A stretch of 64,000 bases of DNA from Octopus bimaculoides (Eukaryota): assembly GCF_001194135.2 (NCBI RefSeq), contig NC_068991.1, positions 34,956,207-35,020,206 on the forward strand, written 5' to 3'. Under the pieces are notes generated by a model. It saw nothing but the letters and a program-made list of their open reading frames with translations. It did no database searches and was not told where the DNA came from. Numbering within the stretch: position 1 is the stretch's first letter; each line of letters starts with the position of its first letter. A program made the position numbers and the translations under genes. Of the stretch, positions 1 to 10,834 are shown piece by piece.

Positions 1-3000
1 CTGCACCTCTCATCTACATACCAGCACTCCACCCGGACTACCACTGGATACACTTTCACAGATTTCACTGGACTCTTCCACTGAGGAAAAATCACTTCTA
101 TATACCAAGACGTCTGAACTTTTTTGAACTTTGTTTTTCATACTCTGTACATTGTTACTTTGCCTTTCTCTCTCCTTTTCTTCTTCTTTTCTTCCCCGTT
201 TTCTCTCCTTTTCTTCTCTTTTTTCCTTCTCTTCATAACTTTTGAATTTTTTGAACTTTCATACTCCATATGTTATTACTTTGCCTTTCTCACCCCTTTT
301 CTCTTTTCGTTTTTCTTTTTTCTCCTTTTTCCAGCATGCCTGATTACAAATCCTTCCTTCTCCACCTCCACCACTGCCTAATGAAACACCTTTTCATGCT
401 CCCTTTCCACTGCTATTAACCTTCTATTAATCTTTCCCTAAGATTGTCAAAAAATACACTTCTGTAGTCACATTTCCTTTCTCAGTTGCTGCCTTCACCA
501 CCACCTCATCCCCAAAGGTTTCTGCCTCCATTTCCACCCTACTTTCCACTCTGCTTCTGCCATCCTGCCCATACTCCATACTACTTCCTCCTGCCTTATG
601 CGTGCCATCATTTGTTCTAATCTCTCCAAAATATACAACCTCGACTGCCTTCTCCCTCTCATTTTCCCCTGTCTTTCACCTTCCTTTGCACATTCTACTC
701 TACGCTTCATAATTCATTTAAATCATCAAACTCCATTCCCATCCTCCTCCCTCCCCAATACACTCCCCCTCATCCTCACTCCAACCCTTCCATTACTCCA
801 GCCCCCCCATGCACTTACTCTTTCTTCTTTCTCTTCCCACCCTTCCACTGCCCCCACCACCCCTCCCACGTCTAACTCATCCACCTCCTCTCCACTTCAG
901 TCTATTGTTACCATTCCTCCTGATCTTTCCCTCTCTGAGGTGGAGCACTCTCTTCTCAGTAAGGGTCTGTGCTTCCCCTCCTCACTCCATCCAGTAACGA
1001 ATTTCAGACCCATGCTGATATTCATAGCTTTGTGCTCCACATCAGGCTATATATACTATTCCACAACACTCCACCTGCATCTAATGAAGAGGACTGCTTC
1101 ACCGAACTGGGCCGCCAACTATCCCACTGGATACCAGCTCCTGACCAGATCCAAGCAGTTGATCATTTTGCAAGCATCTGCCAATGTGTTACGGATTGGT
1201 TTAACTTTTGGAGGCGTCCCCGACATTTTAACATCTCCTCAGCCAAACTCTCAGCCTTTCAATGTCTCCAATGCTGCAAAGACATCATCAAACTGGCCGA
1301 CAAGGGTGGAGACATGATGGTGGGGCACGCAGACCTCTACAAGGCTGAAGCTCTCCACCAACTTGAAGACACCTATTGCCCTCTGCCCTCCAACCCCATG
1401 CCTAACTACCGACAGACTGGGACTTCCACTATCCATGACTTCATCTCTTCCTCCCATCTTTCTCCCACCGCCTCCAACAATGTGTCTGCACTCCATACTC
1501 CCCCACCAAAATCCACAAGCCCAATAACCCTGGCTGCCCCATCGTTTCCATCAGTAACTGCCCCACAGAATCGATTTCTAAATACCTCAACCATGTCTTT
1601 GCACCCCGTCACTGGTTTCCCTCCCCTCTCACATACACGACACTAACCATGCTCTCCATCTCTTGAACTCTTTCTCCTTCCCTTCTGGCTCCTCTAAACT
1701 TCTCTTCACTTTTGATATCAAGAGTCTCTACACAGTAATCCCACACAACGAAGGACTTCTTGCACTCAAACACTTCCCAGACTTTCAATCCAACCCCCAG
1801 CCTGACACCTCCACACTTCTTTACCTGACTGAACTTGTTCTCTCCCTCAACTGCTTCTCATTCCAGCAGGTATTTTTACCAACAAATCTCATGAGTGGCC
1901 ATGGGAATGAGAATGGGCCCAACTATGTGAACCTGATCATTGGCTATGCTGACACCCAAATATTCTCATGATTCACTGGTCCCACTCTCCTCTCTTTTGT
2001 CCAATCCTTCCATCCTGCCCTTGAATTCACCTGCACTATTACCAACACTTCCATCGCATTTCTCGACATTTCTGTCAAATTACACCACTTTGCTCTCACT
2101 ACCTCCATCCACTACAAACATACCAACTCACACTCCTACCTTAACTTCTCCTCCTCCCACCCTACCCACACCAAGCTCTCCATCCCCTACTCCCAATTCC
2201 TCTGTCTGCACAGGTTCTGTAAAGACAACCATGACTTTGAGATTTAGTCGCAACTCATGACTCACCACTTCACCCTACCTGAATATCTCCTCACCACTAT
2301 CCATAAGGTTATTGCCAGGGCACATTCCATGGACTGTGCCTCTGCTCTCTCTCCCCACACCCACCCTGCCATTGCCCATCTCCTCTTTCCCCTCACCTAC
2401 CATCCTCCACCCTGCCCCTCCAATGCACCATTCTCCAAGCCTTCCAGTGACTTCAGTCTGACCCCTCCACCTCGCACATCTTCCCCAACCTACCCCTTTC
2501 TTCTGTCAAACAAGCCCACAACCTGCATGACCTCCTGGTCCACAGTTTCTTCCCTAACCACACCTCCCAACCTGGCTCATTCCCCTGCTTCTGCCCACAT
2601 AGCCGCACTTGCCCCTACCTTTCCAACACCACCATCTGCACAGGCACCCATCATCATCCCTATCACATCACCAACTCCTTTACTTGCACTTCTAGCAACA
2701 TCATTTACTGCATCTCCTGCCCTGTCTGCCTTTCTCTGTACATCAGTCAAATGGGATGTTGCTTGGCTGAGACATCACATTCAACAACGACTCCCCGGTC
2801 TCATGCCATTTCCGCTCTACTGGTCATTCACTACAACACCTATCTGAGTTTGGATTGTCTTTGCACAGGGGCCATTTGGATCCTGCCTTCACTGTGAATG
2901 AGAATTAATCTTCACTCTGAGTTCCTTTGCACCATATGGTCTCAAATCTCCTCCTCCCCTCTCTTCATCTGACACCTACTTCCTCTCTTCACTCCTACTC

Positions 3001-3039
3001 ACCTTGTTTCTTTGTTGATACCACCCCCTCTCCCCACAC
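1..3039 (+). mobile_element. Degenerate Penelope-like retroelement (RT + GIY-YIG endonuclease), frameshifted
   Basis: ORF 1663-1971 reads LLFTFDIKSLYTVIPH (PLE RT motif). 2050-2220 reads IAFLDISV...YKHTNSHSYLNF.SSHP.HTKLSIPYSQFLCLHRFC (PLE thumb/C-terminal RT). 2600-2850 has degenerate GIY-YIG-like cysteine/histidine remnants. Many stops and frameshifts. Confidence 0.8.
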
Positions 3040-3302
3040 ATTCACACCCACATTCCCACACTTATAAATCCCCATACCCCTACATCCCAACACCCCACAC
3101 CACCACACCACCACACATCACACCATCCCACACCACTCCACATGCACACACACTTATACATTCTCATATACACACACATGCATACGCACCTTCGTTTTGG
3201 GATCACCAATACTTTATTATCTCCCCTTCTTTCAACCTCTCCTGTCAGACCATTTTTTTTCAACCAGTCACCATGAGTATATGTATGTATGTATGTATGT
3301 AT

Positions 3303-3601
3303 TTAACAGCAAATTGGTCATCTTCACTTACAGCCTTTTCTATTAACACTCAACAAACATTAAATTTACATTTATGTGATATGAGCATAATATCATCAGA
3401 GGAAAAAAGATGTACACTTGGATGCCATATGTGTGTTTGTGACTAGTCTGCTGAAATGAATTCACAAACACACATATAGCATCCAAAGGTACATCTTTTT
3501 ACCTCTGATGATATTATGCTCATGCCGCATAAATGTAAATTTAATGTTTATTGAATATTAATAGAAAAGGCTGTAAGTGAAGATGACCAATTTGCTGTTA
3601 A
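3303..3601. mobile_element. MITE/foldback element with ~120-bp inverted arms
   Basis: AACAGCAAATTGGTCATCTTCACTTACAGCCTTTTCTATTA (from ~3305) is the exact reverse complement of 3559-3599. The inner arms 3361-3415 and 3490-3543 also pair. Confidence 0.7.
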
Positions 3602-3780
3602 TAATAAACAATTATTAACTTCCCAATCTCCATTTTCTTTTTTAAATGAATATAAACTATATGTTTTTATATGCAACTATTATTTTAATGAGTGTAGGAC
3701 AAAAGCCCCATAGTTAAAGTGTGAAAGTGGATAAAAGCCCCACGGTTATTTTTTTTGATTATTTTTTCATTTTTCTCACC

Positions 3781-4245
3781 TTTTACTTGTTTCAGTTATT
3801 AGACTGAGGCCATGCTGGGGCACCACCTTGAAGAATCATTAGTTGAATGTATTGACCCCAGAATTTTTTTTTTCCATTTTACTTGTTTGCTGTTACTAGA
3901 ATGCGACCATGCTGGTGCACCACCTTGAAGAATTTTTAGTCAAATGTATCAACACTAGAATTTTTTTTGTTTACTTACTGCAGTTATTAGACTGCAGCCA
4001 TGCTGGGGCACCATTTTGAAGAATTTTTAGTTGAATGTAACAACCTCAGAACTTTTTTAAATGATTTTCTACCAGTGCATGAAGTTAAGCCTAGAAGGTA
4101 TCTCCACATGCTAGAAATAACAACCAAATCACATGGAATTTTTTTATAACCCCTCTTGGTTTTTTTTATTTTCTAAAAATTTTTGTACTTGTTTCACTCA
4201 TTGGACTGTGGCCATGCTGGTGCACCAGCTCAAAGAATTTTTGGT
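3781..4245 (-). repeat. Four tandem copies of a ~90-bp SINE 3' tail unit
   Basis: The unit TACTTGTTTCAGTTATTAGACTG.GGCCATGCTGG.GCACCACCTTGAAGAAT recurs at ~3783, ~3879, ~3972 and ~4187. It matches the tails of the SINEs at 10456-10834 and 49479-49921. Confidence 0.75.
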
Positions 4246-4311
4246 CATAAAAAAAATGGGCATTTAAAAATATATATTTAAAGCCTTATGTTTTCTTCTC
4301 TCAGCACTTAC

Positions 4312-4384
4312 AGATTAATGAGAATAAGTTGACTTTTTGAATCTTCTCCAGCCGTTGAATGTCTAACAGAATTATGACCAAAGG
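4312..4384 (-). CDS. Candidate internal coding exon of an unidentified gene (xFGHNSVRHSTAGEDSKSQLILIN)
   Basis: Minus strand has ...GACTAG| then a 73-nt stop-free frame then |GTAAGT (donor at 4311-4306). The acceptor polypyrimidine tract is weak and I recognise no homology. Confidence 0.25.
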
Positions 4385-4450
4385 CTAGTCATTTAAACAT
4401 ACTTCTTATCGTTTTTATGTTTCTACACATTTCTTGATGTGGAGATATGC

Positions 4451-4585
4451 GTGTGGGGAGAGGGGGTGGTATCAACAAAGAAAGAAGGTAAGTAGGAGTG
4501 AAGAGAGGAAGTAGGTATCAGATGAAGAGAGGAGATGAGGAGATTTAAGACCATGTGGTGCAAAGGAACTCAGAGTGAAGATTAA
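4451..4585 (-). repeat. Inverted copy of the 3' end of the Penelope-like element
   Basis: Reverse complement of 2905-3039 with only scattered substitutions over ~135 bp (by-eye alignment). Confidence 0.85.
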
Positions 4586-4995
4586 AACTTTCCCTTTTAT
4601 TAGAATTCAGACAATATGTACATTGAGTAGTAAAGAGTCTTGTGTTCTGTTATTCTATTATTGATGTTAAGGTTGATTGATTTTCATTTTCAAACTTTAA
4701 AATTATTCTAAAAATGAGAAAAATAATTGAAACACATGGAACATGCCATTGTGAAGGACATAGATGTTTTGACACCATCTTTCAATTGAATATATTTTGT
4801 TTACTTAAAAGTTGGAATTTTGAAAAATAATTTTTTTGGATCTAGTTTCATTCGCAAAATGAGCCCCCTTTAATTTTACTCAGATTGCTTTCAATTTTGG
4901 TGTATCGATGCAACTCTGATTTTTGATTACGATCAACCAGTTACTTTATCTCGTGATGTTATTTGGATTTAAAGCTGGGAAATTTGGGTAATTTT

Positions 4996-5080
4996 AACCA
5001 ATCAACAGACAGCGAGGCATTAACAGCTTGTTACCATGACAACCGTACATTGTGTTGTTACACTTCATCCACATGACGTG
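4996..5080. promoter_or_regulatory. Promoter-like cluster: CCAAT box, RFX X-box-like palindrome, TGACGTG
   Basis: AACCAATCA at 4996-5004, GTTACCATGACAAC at 5030-5043 (one mismatch to GTTRCCATGGYAAC) and TGACGTG at 5074-5080, in unique CpG-retaining sequence. Confidence 0.45.
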
Positions 5081-6315
5081 TTAATTCTTCACACCACGAG
5101 ATTTACTTCACCCGCGTGTTTTGTTTTAATAAAAATTTATATTTATCAATTAGAATTTTATTATAGATATTTTTCGTCAATTGTCTTAATATTTTACATA
5201 TTTTTCATATGTAGCAAAAGTTATTTGCAATGTTTATTCAGTTTCTTGGCATTATGAAGGTGAATGGTATATGTGAACTTAGCACACAACCGCACACTTA
5301 CACTTCAAGTACAGTACTGACAAACCATCGGTCACTTATCAACTCAGTATTACCAAGCTTCAGGGACTCATTGACTCAGATAGCTGGATTTCGCTAGGTT
5401 AATTCTATTCATAAACATTTAAATTAGGAGTATTTCTTAAACCATTAGCTTCACATTTCAACAGTTTAACTGAAATTTAGCCCACATAACAGGAACTGAG
5501 AGGGATATCATGGAATAGGGAAACTGTGGGTGATACAGATAATTTGACATTATTTTTGAATTCTGCATGCAAAAACATAAGATACAGGTATTTTTTTTCT
5601 TTGGAAAAATTCTTTGTTGACCAGTGTTATTCTTACCTTAGTTTACAAATCTAAGCATGAAAACGTTACTTAACTTTGAAGTTTTGAAGACAGACACCCC
5701 CTTTTCACACACACACACAAATGCACTTATATACTAATGTATATTAAAATACAAGACAGGTATATATAATACTGAAATATGCATATGCAGGCAAATATAT
5801 TATTATAACAATTTTTTTTTTAAATAATAAAGACATACAATCAATGAAGAGACAAAAGAAACAGTAAGATGATACATGTTGATTTTATTAGGTATTTCTG
5901 TTTATTTAGAAACCTACAAAGAACAGGTCAGATGCTAAACTATATATTTCACTGGGTACAACCTTAAAGTTGACACTGCTCTGCTAAACACAGAAAATTT
6001 CTCTCTTGCTATTGGCTAAAAATACACAGTTTTTCCGATTTTTAAACCTCTCTATCTTTTTCCTCCAATTTTTTTTTTCTCCACAACATCATACCTTCGT
6101 AGCATTGAGACTGGAAGACTACATTATTATAGCCGATTTTCAGATACTCTCTTTTACTCTTTTATTTGTTTCAGTCATCTGACTGCGGCCATGCTGGTGC
6201 ACCTAAAAAATGCATATTTTGTGAATGAAACAAACAAGATCCTTTTAACAATGATTTCCGTTTATGTTTACATGAAATTATAAAAAAAATTGTAAGATTT
6301 GGCTGTTATTTCTAG

Positions 6316-6839
6316 NNNNNNNNNNNNNNNNNNNNNNNNNNNNNNNNNNNNNNNNNNNNNNNNNNNNNNNNNNNNNNNNNNNNNNNNNNNNNNNNNNNNN
6401 NNNNNNNNNNNNNNNNNNNNNNNNNNNNNNNNNNNNNNNNNNNNNNNNNNNNNNNNNNNNNNNNNNNNNNNNNNNNNNNNNNNNNNNNNNNNNNNNNNNN
6501 NNNNNNNNNNNNNNNNNNNNNNNNNNNNNNNNNNNNNNNNNNNNNNNNNNNNNNNNNNNNNNNNNNNNNNNNNNNNNNNNNNNNNNNNNNNNNNNNNNNN
6601 NNNNNNNNNNNNNNNNNNNNNNNNNNNNNNNNNNNNNNNNNNNNNNNNNNNNNNNNNNNNNNNNNNNNNNNNNNNNNNNNNNNNNNNNNNNNNNNNNNNN
6701 NNNNNNNNNNNNNNNNNNNNNNNNNNNNNNNNNNNNNNNNNNNNNNNNNNNNNNNNNNNNNNNNNNNNNNNNNNNNNNNNNNNNNNNNNNNNNNNNNNNN
6801 NNNNNNNNNNNNNNNNNNNNNNNNNNNNNNNNNNNNNNN
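6316..6839. other. Assembly gap
   Basis: Run of N. Confidence 0.99.
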
Positions 6840-7775
6840 TATAAAGTTGACACTGCTCTGCTAAACACAAAAAATTTCTCTCTTGCTATTGGCTAAAAAT
6901 ACACAGTTTTTCCGATTTTTAAACCTCTGTAACTTTTTCCTCCAATTTTTCTGTATATATAACAATACTGGTATATTCACTACTTAAAATAAACTGCTTG
7001 GATTATAATTAAATTAATTCATTGTTAGCATGTTCTTTTACCTCAGTACTCCTTTGTTAAATACCAGTATATACCAATTGATCAATATTCACTGATACCA
7101 TCTGATTAGTTAGTATTTAACTTTCTAATATGCATAAATATCAAACTATTTCTGGATAATTATCTTTTCCTCCCTCTATTGTGGTAAAAGTTTAGTATAT
7201 ACTCAAAAGTATTCATAAAACATTTTATCCTTTTGTTATAATTATTCTTCTTAGTAATCCTCTGAATAATCCTAAACTTTAACTTTATACAATATAGCAG
7301 TATTGCTTCCCATGCTAGCATGGAAAGCGGCCGTTAAACGATGATGATTTAACTATAGTACTACATGATAAGATTTCCCCTGTTTCATTATCAATGGTCT
7401 GCTAGTGGCCAGCCCCCTTAATTGTCAACTAACATTTTGATTTAAGTTTTCCTTTACCAAATCCCATGATATTGCTTCAAATAAATCTTGATTTTTATGA
7501 CTATACCCACTATGATATCTGTCGACTCCCTCAGCCCTACCCCTAACAGACCGGCCTTAGATATACAAGGATTTGATAAAACTAGTCTATAAATTAAAAC
7601 CGACCCCATATAAAAGTGACAAGCAAAATCTGTAACAAGTCTTTCTTCCTGATAACTTAGTAGCTCCTAAGTGGAAGGAAGGGCAACAATGTTCTTTGTC
7701 TATCTCCTTAACTTCTTGGAAATTTTAGGCAAAATTATACTAATGTGTTTTAATTTAATTAAATTCTATGTCTTT

Positions 7776-7863
7776 GTTCAGCTGAGGATTGCACTGTATT
7801 TAAATTGATGTAATGGTTGCATTGTTCAATTAAATGGAGTTGCATGAAACGATCGTACTGCAT
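7776..7863 (+). ncRNA. Type-I hammerhead ribozyme-like motif with long stem II (predicted cleavage after GUA at 7857)
   Basis: CTGAGGA at 7782-7788, a long imperfect hairpin at 7789-7845, GAAA at 7846-7849, palindromic stem III ACGATCGT, a GTA triplet, and stem I CAG/CTG plus 2 more pairs. The 10.1-11.1 pair is U/U. Confidence 0.6.
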
Positions 7864-8689
7864 TACCTCTGGATATCCTTGTTGATTATTTTGATTCTAA
7901 TCACCTTATTTTGAAATTGTATGGATAATACCGTACTAAATTCTGGTGCCTCAACTTAAGTACTATATTCATCTGAATCTAAATTTTTGCTGAACTTATA
8001 TCTATACTAGCTTAAAAGACACCCGATAGGGCAGCTTTTAAGCTAGCTCCTGTGGAGGGCTCTTCATTGAGCCCTGGGCCCAACAATGCATTGAGTACAT
8101 ATTAAATTTTACTAAACTTGACCAATATTTTTCCTGCAATGAACGATTTTCATCAAAACAGTGATATAATTTGTCGACTTGGAACTTATTGCAAAGCTGC
8201 ATGATAAACATTTTTTGTCTTCCCATTCAGGGGTCAGTACAATTTATTTTTCTGTCTAACCTCTCTCTCTTTCTGTTGATTGTTTTCAACCATCACCAGT
8301 ACCACCATCTTCGCCACCATACCAGCTATACATACACCATTCAGACTTTTGACGCCACCATCATCAATACTGCTGACTTTGCCCCCTTCCCCTCTACCAC
8401 CATCACCACTGTCTTTCACATAGCTTACTATCACCATTGTCCCTGGCTGCTTCAGTTATCACCACCACCACTACTATCATCACCGTCGCCTTCGCCTCTA
8501 TCACAACTACAGCTTATAATATTACTATCATCCCATTACCATCACAACCGTCAATCTATTACCGTCTCTATGCCTAGGAGTGTCAATGAATTGTGAGAGA
8601 AGGGATCGAAGTGTGACACACTGACCCACAGAAATTAATTTTTGCATTTATTATATATATATATATATATATACATTGCGTGTATGTGT

Positions 8690-9002
8690 GTCTGTCTGTC
8701 CTCCACCACCAGCGCTTGACAACCGGTGCTGGTGTGTTTACGTCCCCGTAATTTAGCGGTTCGACAAAATAGACAAATAGAATAAGACTTTCCGTATTCC
8801 CGAGCGTCATACTAATATATACTTTTGTTATTTACACCACCTGTCCTCGTCTGTTGTTATTATTTGTATATTCTCCCAAATAGAATAAGTACCAAGCTTT
8901 AAAAAATAAGTACTGGAGTCGATACATTCGACTAAAACTTTTGCAAGCCGGTACTCCAGCATGGCCGCAGTCTACTGACTGAAACAAGTAAAAGATAAAA
9001 GA
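8690..9002 (+). mobile_element. 5'-truncated tRNA-derived SINE carrying a 90-bp insertion
   Basis: Body and tail (...CCAGCATGGCCGCAGTC...TGACTGAAACAAGTAAAAGAT) are homologous to the SINE at 10456-10834. The insert 8787-8876 is flanked by a CAAATAGAATAAG duplication. Confidence 0.8.
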
Positions 9003-10267
9003 TACTGCCACACTTCTATGAACACGTTATAAATTGGTTTTATCGTAAACAATCTTAATAGGAAGGATTACCAAAAAAAAAATTAAGCAACTCCTATACA
9101 ATAAACGCAACAGTAACAATAATCACACTGGAAACATTCCTAAGAAGTTAAAAATATAAATTTGAAAATAATTAACCGAAGAGAATATTAAATTAATATA
9201 TTTTTATTTAATAAGTGACTTTTAACTCTTAACCGACGAACATCACCAATTGATGTTTCAACAATTTTACATATATATGGCCATCATCAAAGAAATGTAA
9301 ATAAATTTACGGCATTTTCGATAAAAAGATTGTAAATTTTATTGAGCGAGAGACAAACAATTACTATAGCTTTTGTACTTTTGATAACAATCCATTAAGA
9401 AATGAAAAATCTTAAAGTGGTTGGAAGAAAACGAAAAAGATCCAAACGAAAATAATTATAAAAATTACCCTAAAGAAAAGGATATTTTCATTTCTATTTT
9501 TTTATATGGTTTTTTCCCATTGGTGCATATTTACGCATCCTTTTCCCACCGTTACGCATTTTGTGCACGTGATACCTAAATTTATGTTTGTATTTTCCCG
9601 GATAGCTTTCGTTTCGTTATCATTTCTGCAAATATATGTACTAATATTCGGATATTTACATTCTATCTACTCAAAACGAAAGGTCGCCGATATATTTTAT
9701 TATCATCAGAGATGATAATTACGTATATAACAAGTAATGTATATGATACATTCATATTACAAAACCACATTAAAATACAAATCAAAAACTCAAGAAAAAA
9801 AGAGGAAGAAAGTAAGAAAAAAAATTACCGAAAAAAAAAAAGCATCGATTGAAGATCAATGTCCTCGATTAGTCCCCAAGGTCGCTAAATGTTTTATATG
9901 TACTTAAAACCAAAGATTTTCTATTTCATAATTATTAAACTAATCGTTTTCAAGGCAGAAAATAAGAAATAACTTAGATTAAAGTGAAATATGAGCACTC
10001 ATACTCACATTCACAAGTGCCCTTTCCCTTTTTTTAAATTAGTGCAGTTATTTTCACTTTGTCTGCCGTATTAAATAAAGATCGAGAGGTGACCGATAGC
10101 TTGTAATTAACTTTCATGAGTTTGCACACGCAATGTCGCCTCAATTTATTCTGCCAGACATTGTAACACTAAGTGACTGTTGAGAGTCGAAACAGCTCAA
10201 TACGCCAGCATACCCAAAGAATTTGGGGACTAATTTCTCAATCAAATAAGATTTTATAAACATATAT

Positions 10268-10276
10268 AAAAAAAAA
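10268..10276 (-). terminator. RNA polymerase III T-run terminator of tRNA-Ala
   Basis: Nine T on the minus strand, 17 nt downstream of the tRNA discriminator base. Confidence 0.8.
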
Positions 10277-10293
10277 CATCTGTATTACAGATT

Positions 10294-10365
10294 TGGAGAT
10301 GCCGGGTATCGAACCCGGGGCCTTTCGCATGCAAAGCGAACGCTCTACCACTGAGCTACATCCCC
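10294..10365 (-). tRNA. trnA-UGC: tRNA-Ala(UGC)
   Basis: GGGGATGTAGCTCAGTGGTAGAGCGTTCGCTTTGCATGCGAAAGGCCCCGGGTTCGATACCCGGCATCTCCA folds into a full cloverleaf with a G3:U70 alanine identity pair, anticodon TGC and intact A and B boxes. No intron. Confidence 0.97.
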
Positions 10366-10455
10366 TATACGTTACCGAGGGATATATTATTAACATTAAA
10401 TTTAATTGTAATAGACTAACCAATTTATGTTTATACTTTGAGGTATGGTCTTTTA

Positions 10456-10834
10456 TTCTTTTACTTGTTTGTCATTTGACTGTGGCCATGCTGGAGCACA
10501 CATTTAGTCGAGCAAATCGATCCCAGAACATATTCTTTGGAAGCCTAGTACTTATTCTATTGTCATTATTGCCGAACCGCTAAGTTACGGGGACGTAAAC
10601 ACACCACCATCGGTTGTCAAGCGATGTTCGGGGGACAAACACAAACACACACATATATACATATATACGACGGGCTTCTTTCGGTTTCCGTCTACCAAAT
10701 CCTCTCACAAGGCTTTGGTCGGCCCGAGGCTATAGTAGAAGACACTTGCCCAAGGTGCTAAGCAGTGGGACTGAACCCGGAACCATGTGGTTCATAAGCA
10801 AGCTACTTACCACACAGCCAGCCACTCCTGCGCC
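10456..10834 (-). mobile_element. Full-length, CpG-rich (young) tRNA-derived SINE
   Basis: Head GGCGCAGGAGTGGCTG...GTGTGGTAAG...GGTTCAGTCCC with A/B-box remnants, CACCTTGGGCAAGTGTC core, and a tail shared with other copies in the window. Confidence 0.85.

Noticed and set aside
79-118. CTGAGGA...CCAAGACGTC near the PLE 5' region as a hammerhead
   Set aside because: There is no GAAA and no convincing stem II. At most it is a heavily decayed relic.
5380-5460. Minus-strand GCTA..GGTTTAA...TTAACCTAGCGAAA (related sequence at 22020-22060) as hammerheads
   Set aside because: A stem II and GAAA are suggestive, but the CUGANGA core is not present.
5961-6950. ~105-bp near-identical sequence on both sides of the gap (5961-6075 and 6841-6950)
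   Set aside because: This is most simply an unmerged allelic overlap or assembly artefact at a gap edge, not a demonstrable tandem duplication.
8171-8596. His/Thr/Ser-rich ORFs here and similar low-complexity ORFs (3012-3446, 50319-50568, 58523-59316)
   Set aside because: They are produced by (CAT)/(CAC)/(CT)-rich low-complexity DNA, with no domain motifs or splice support.
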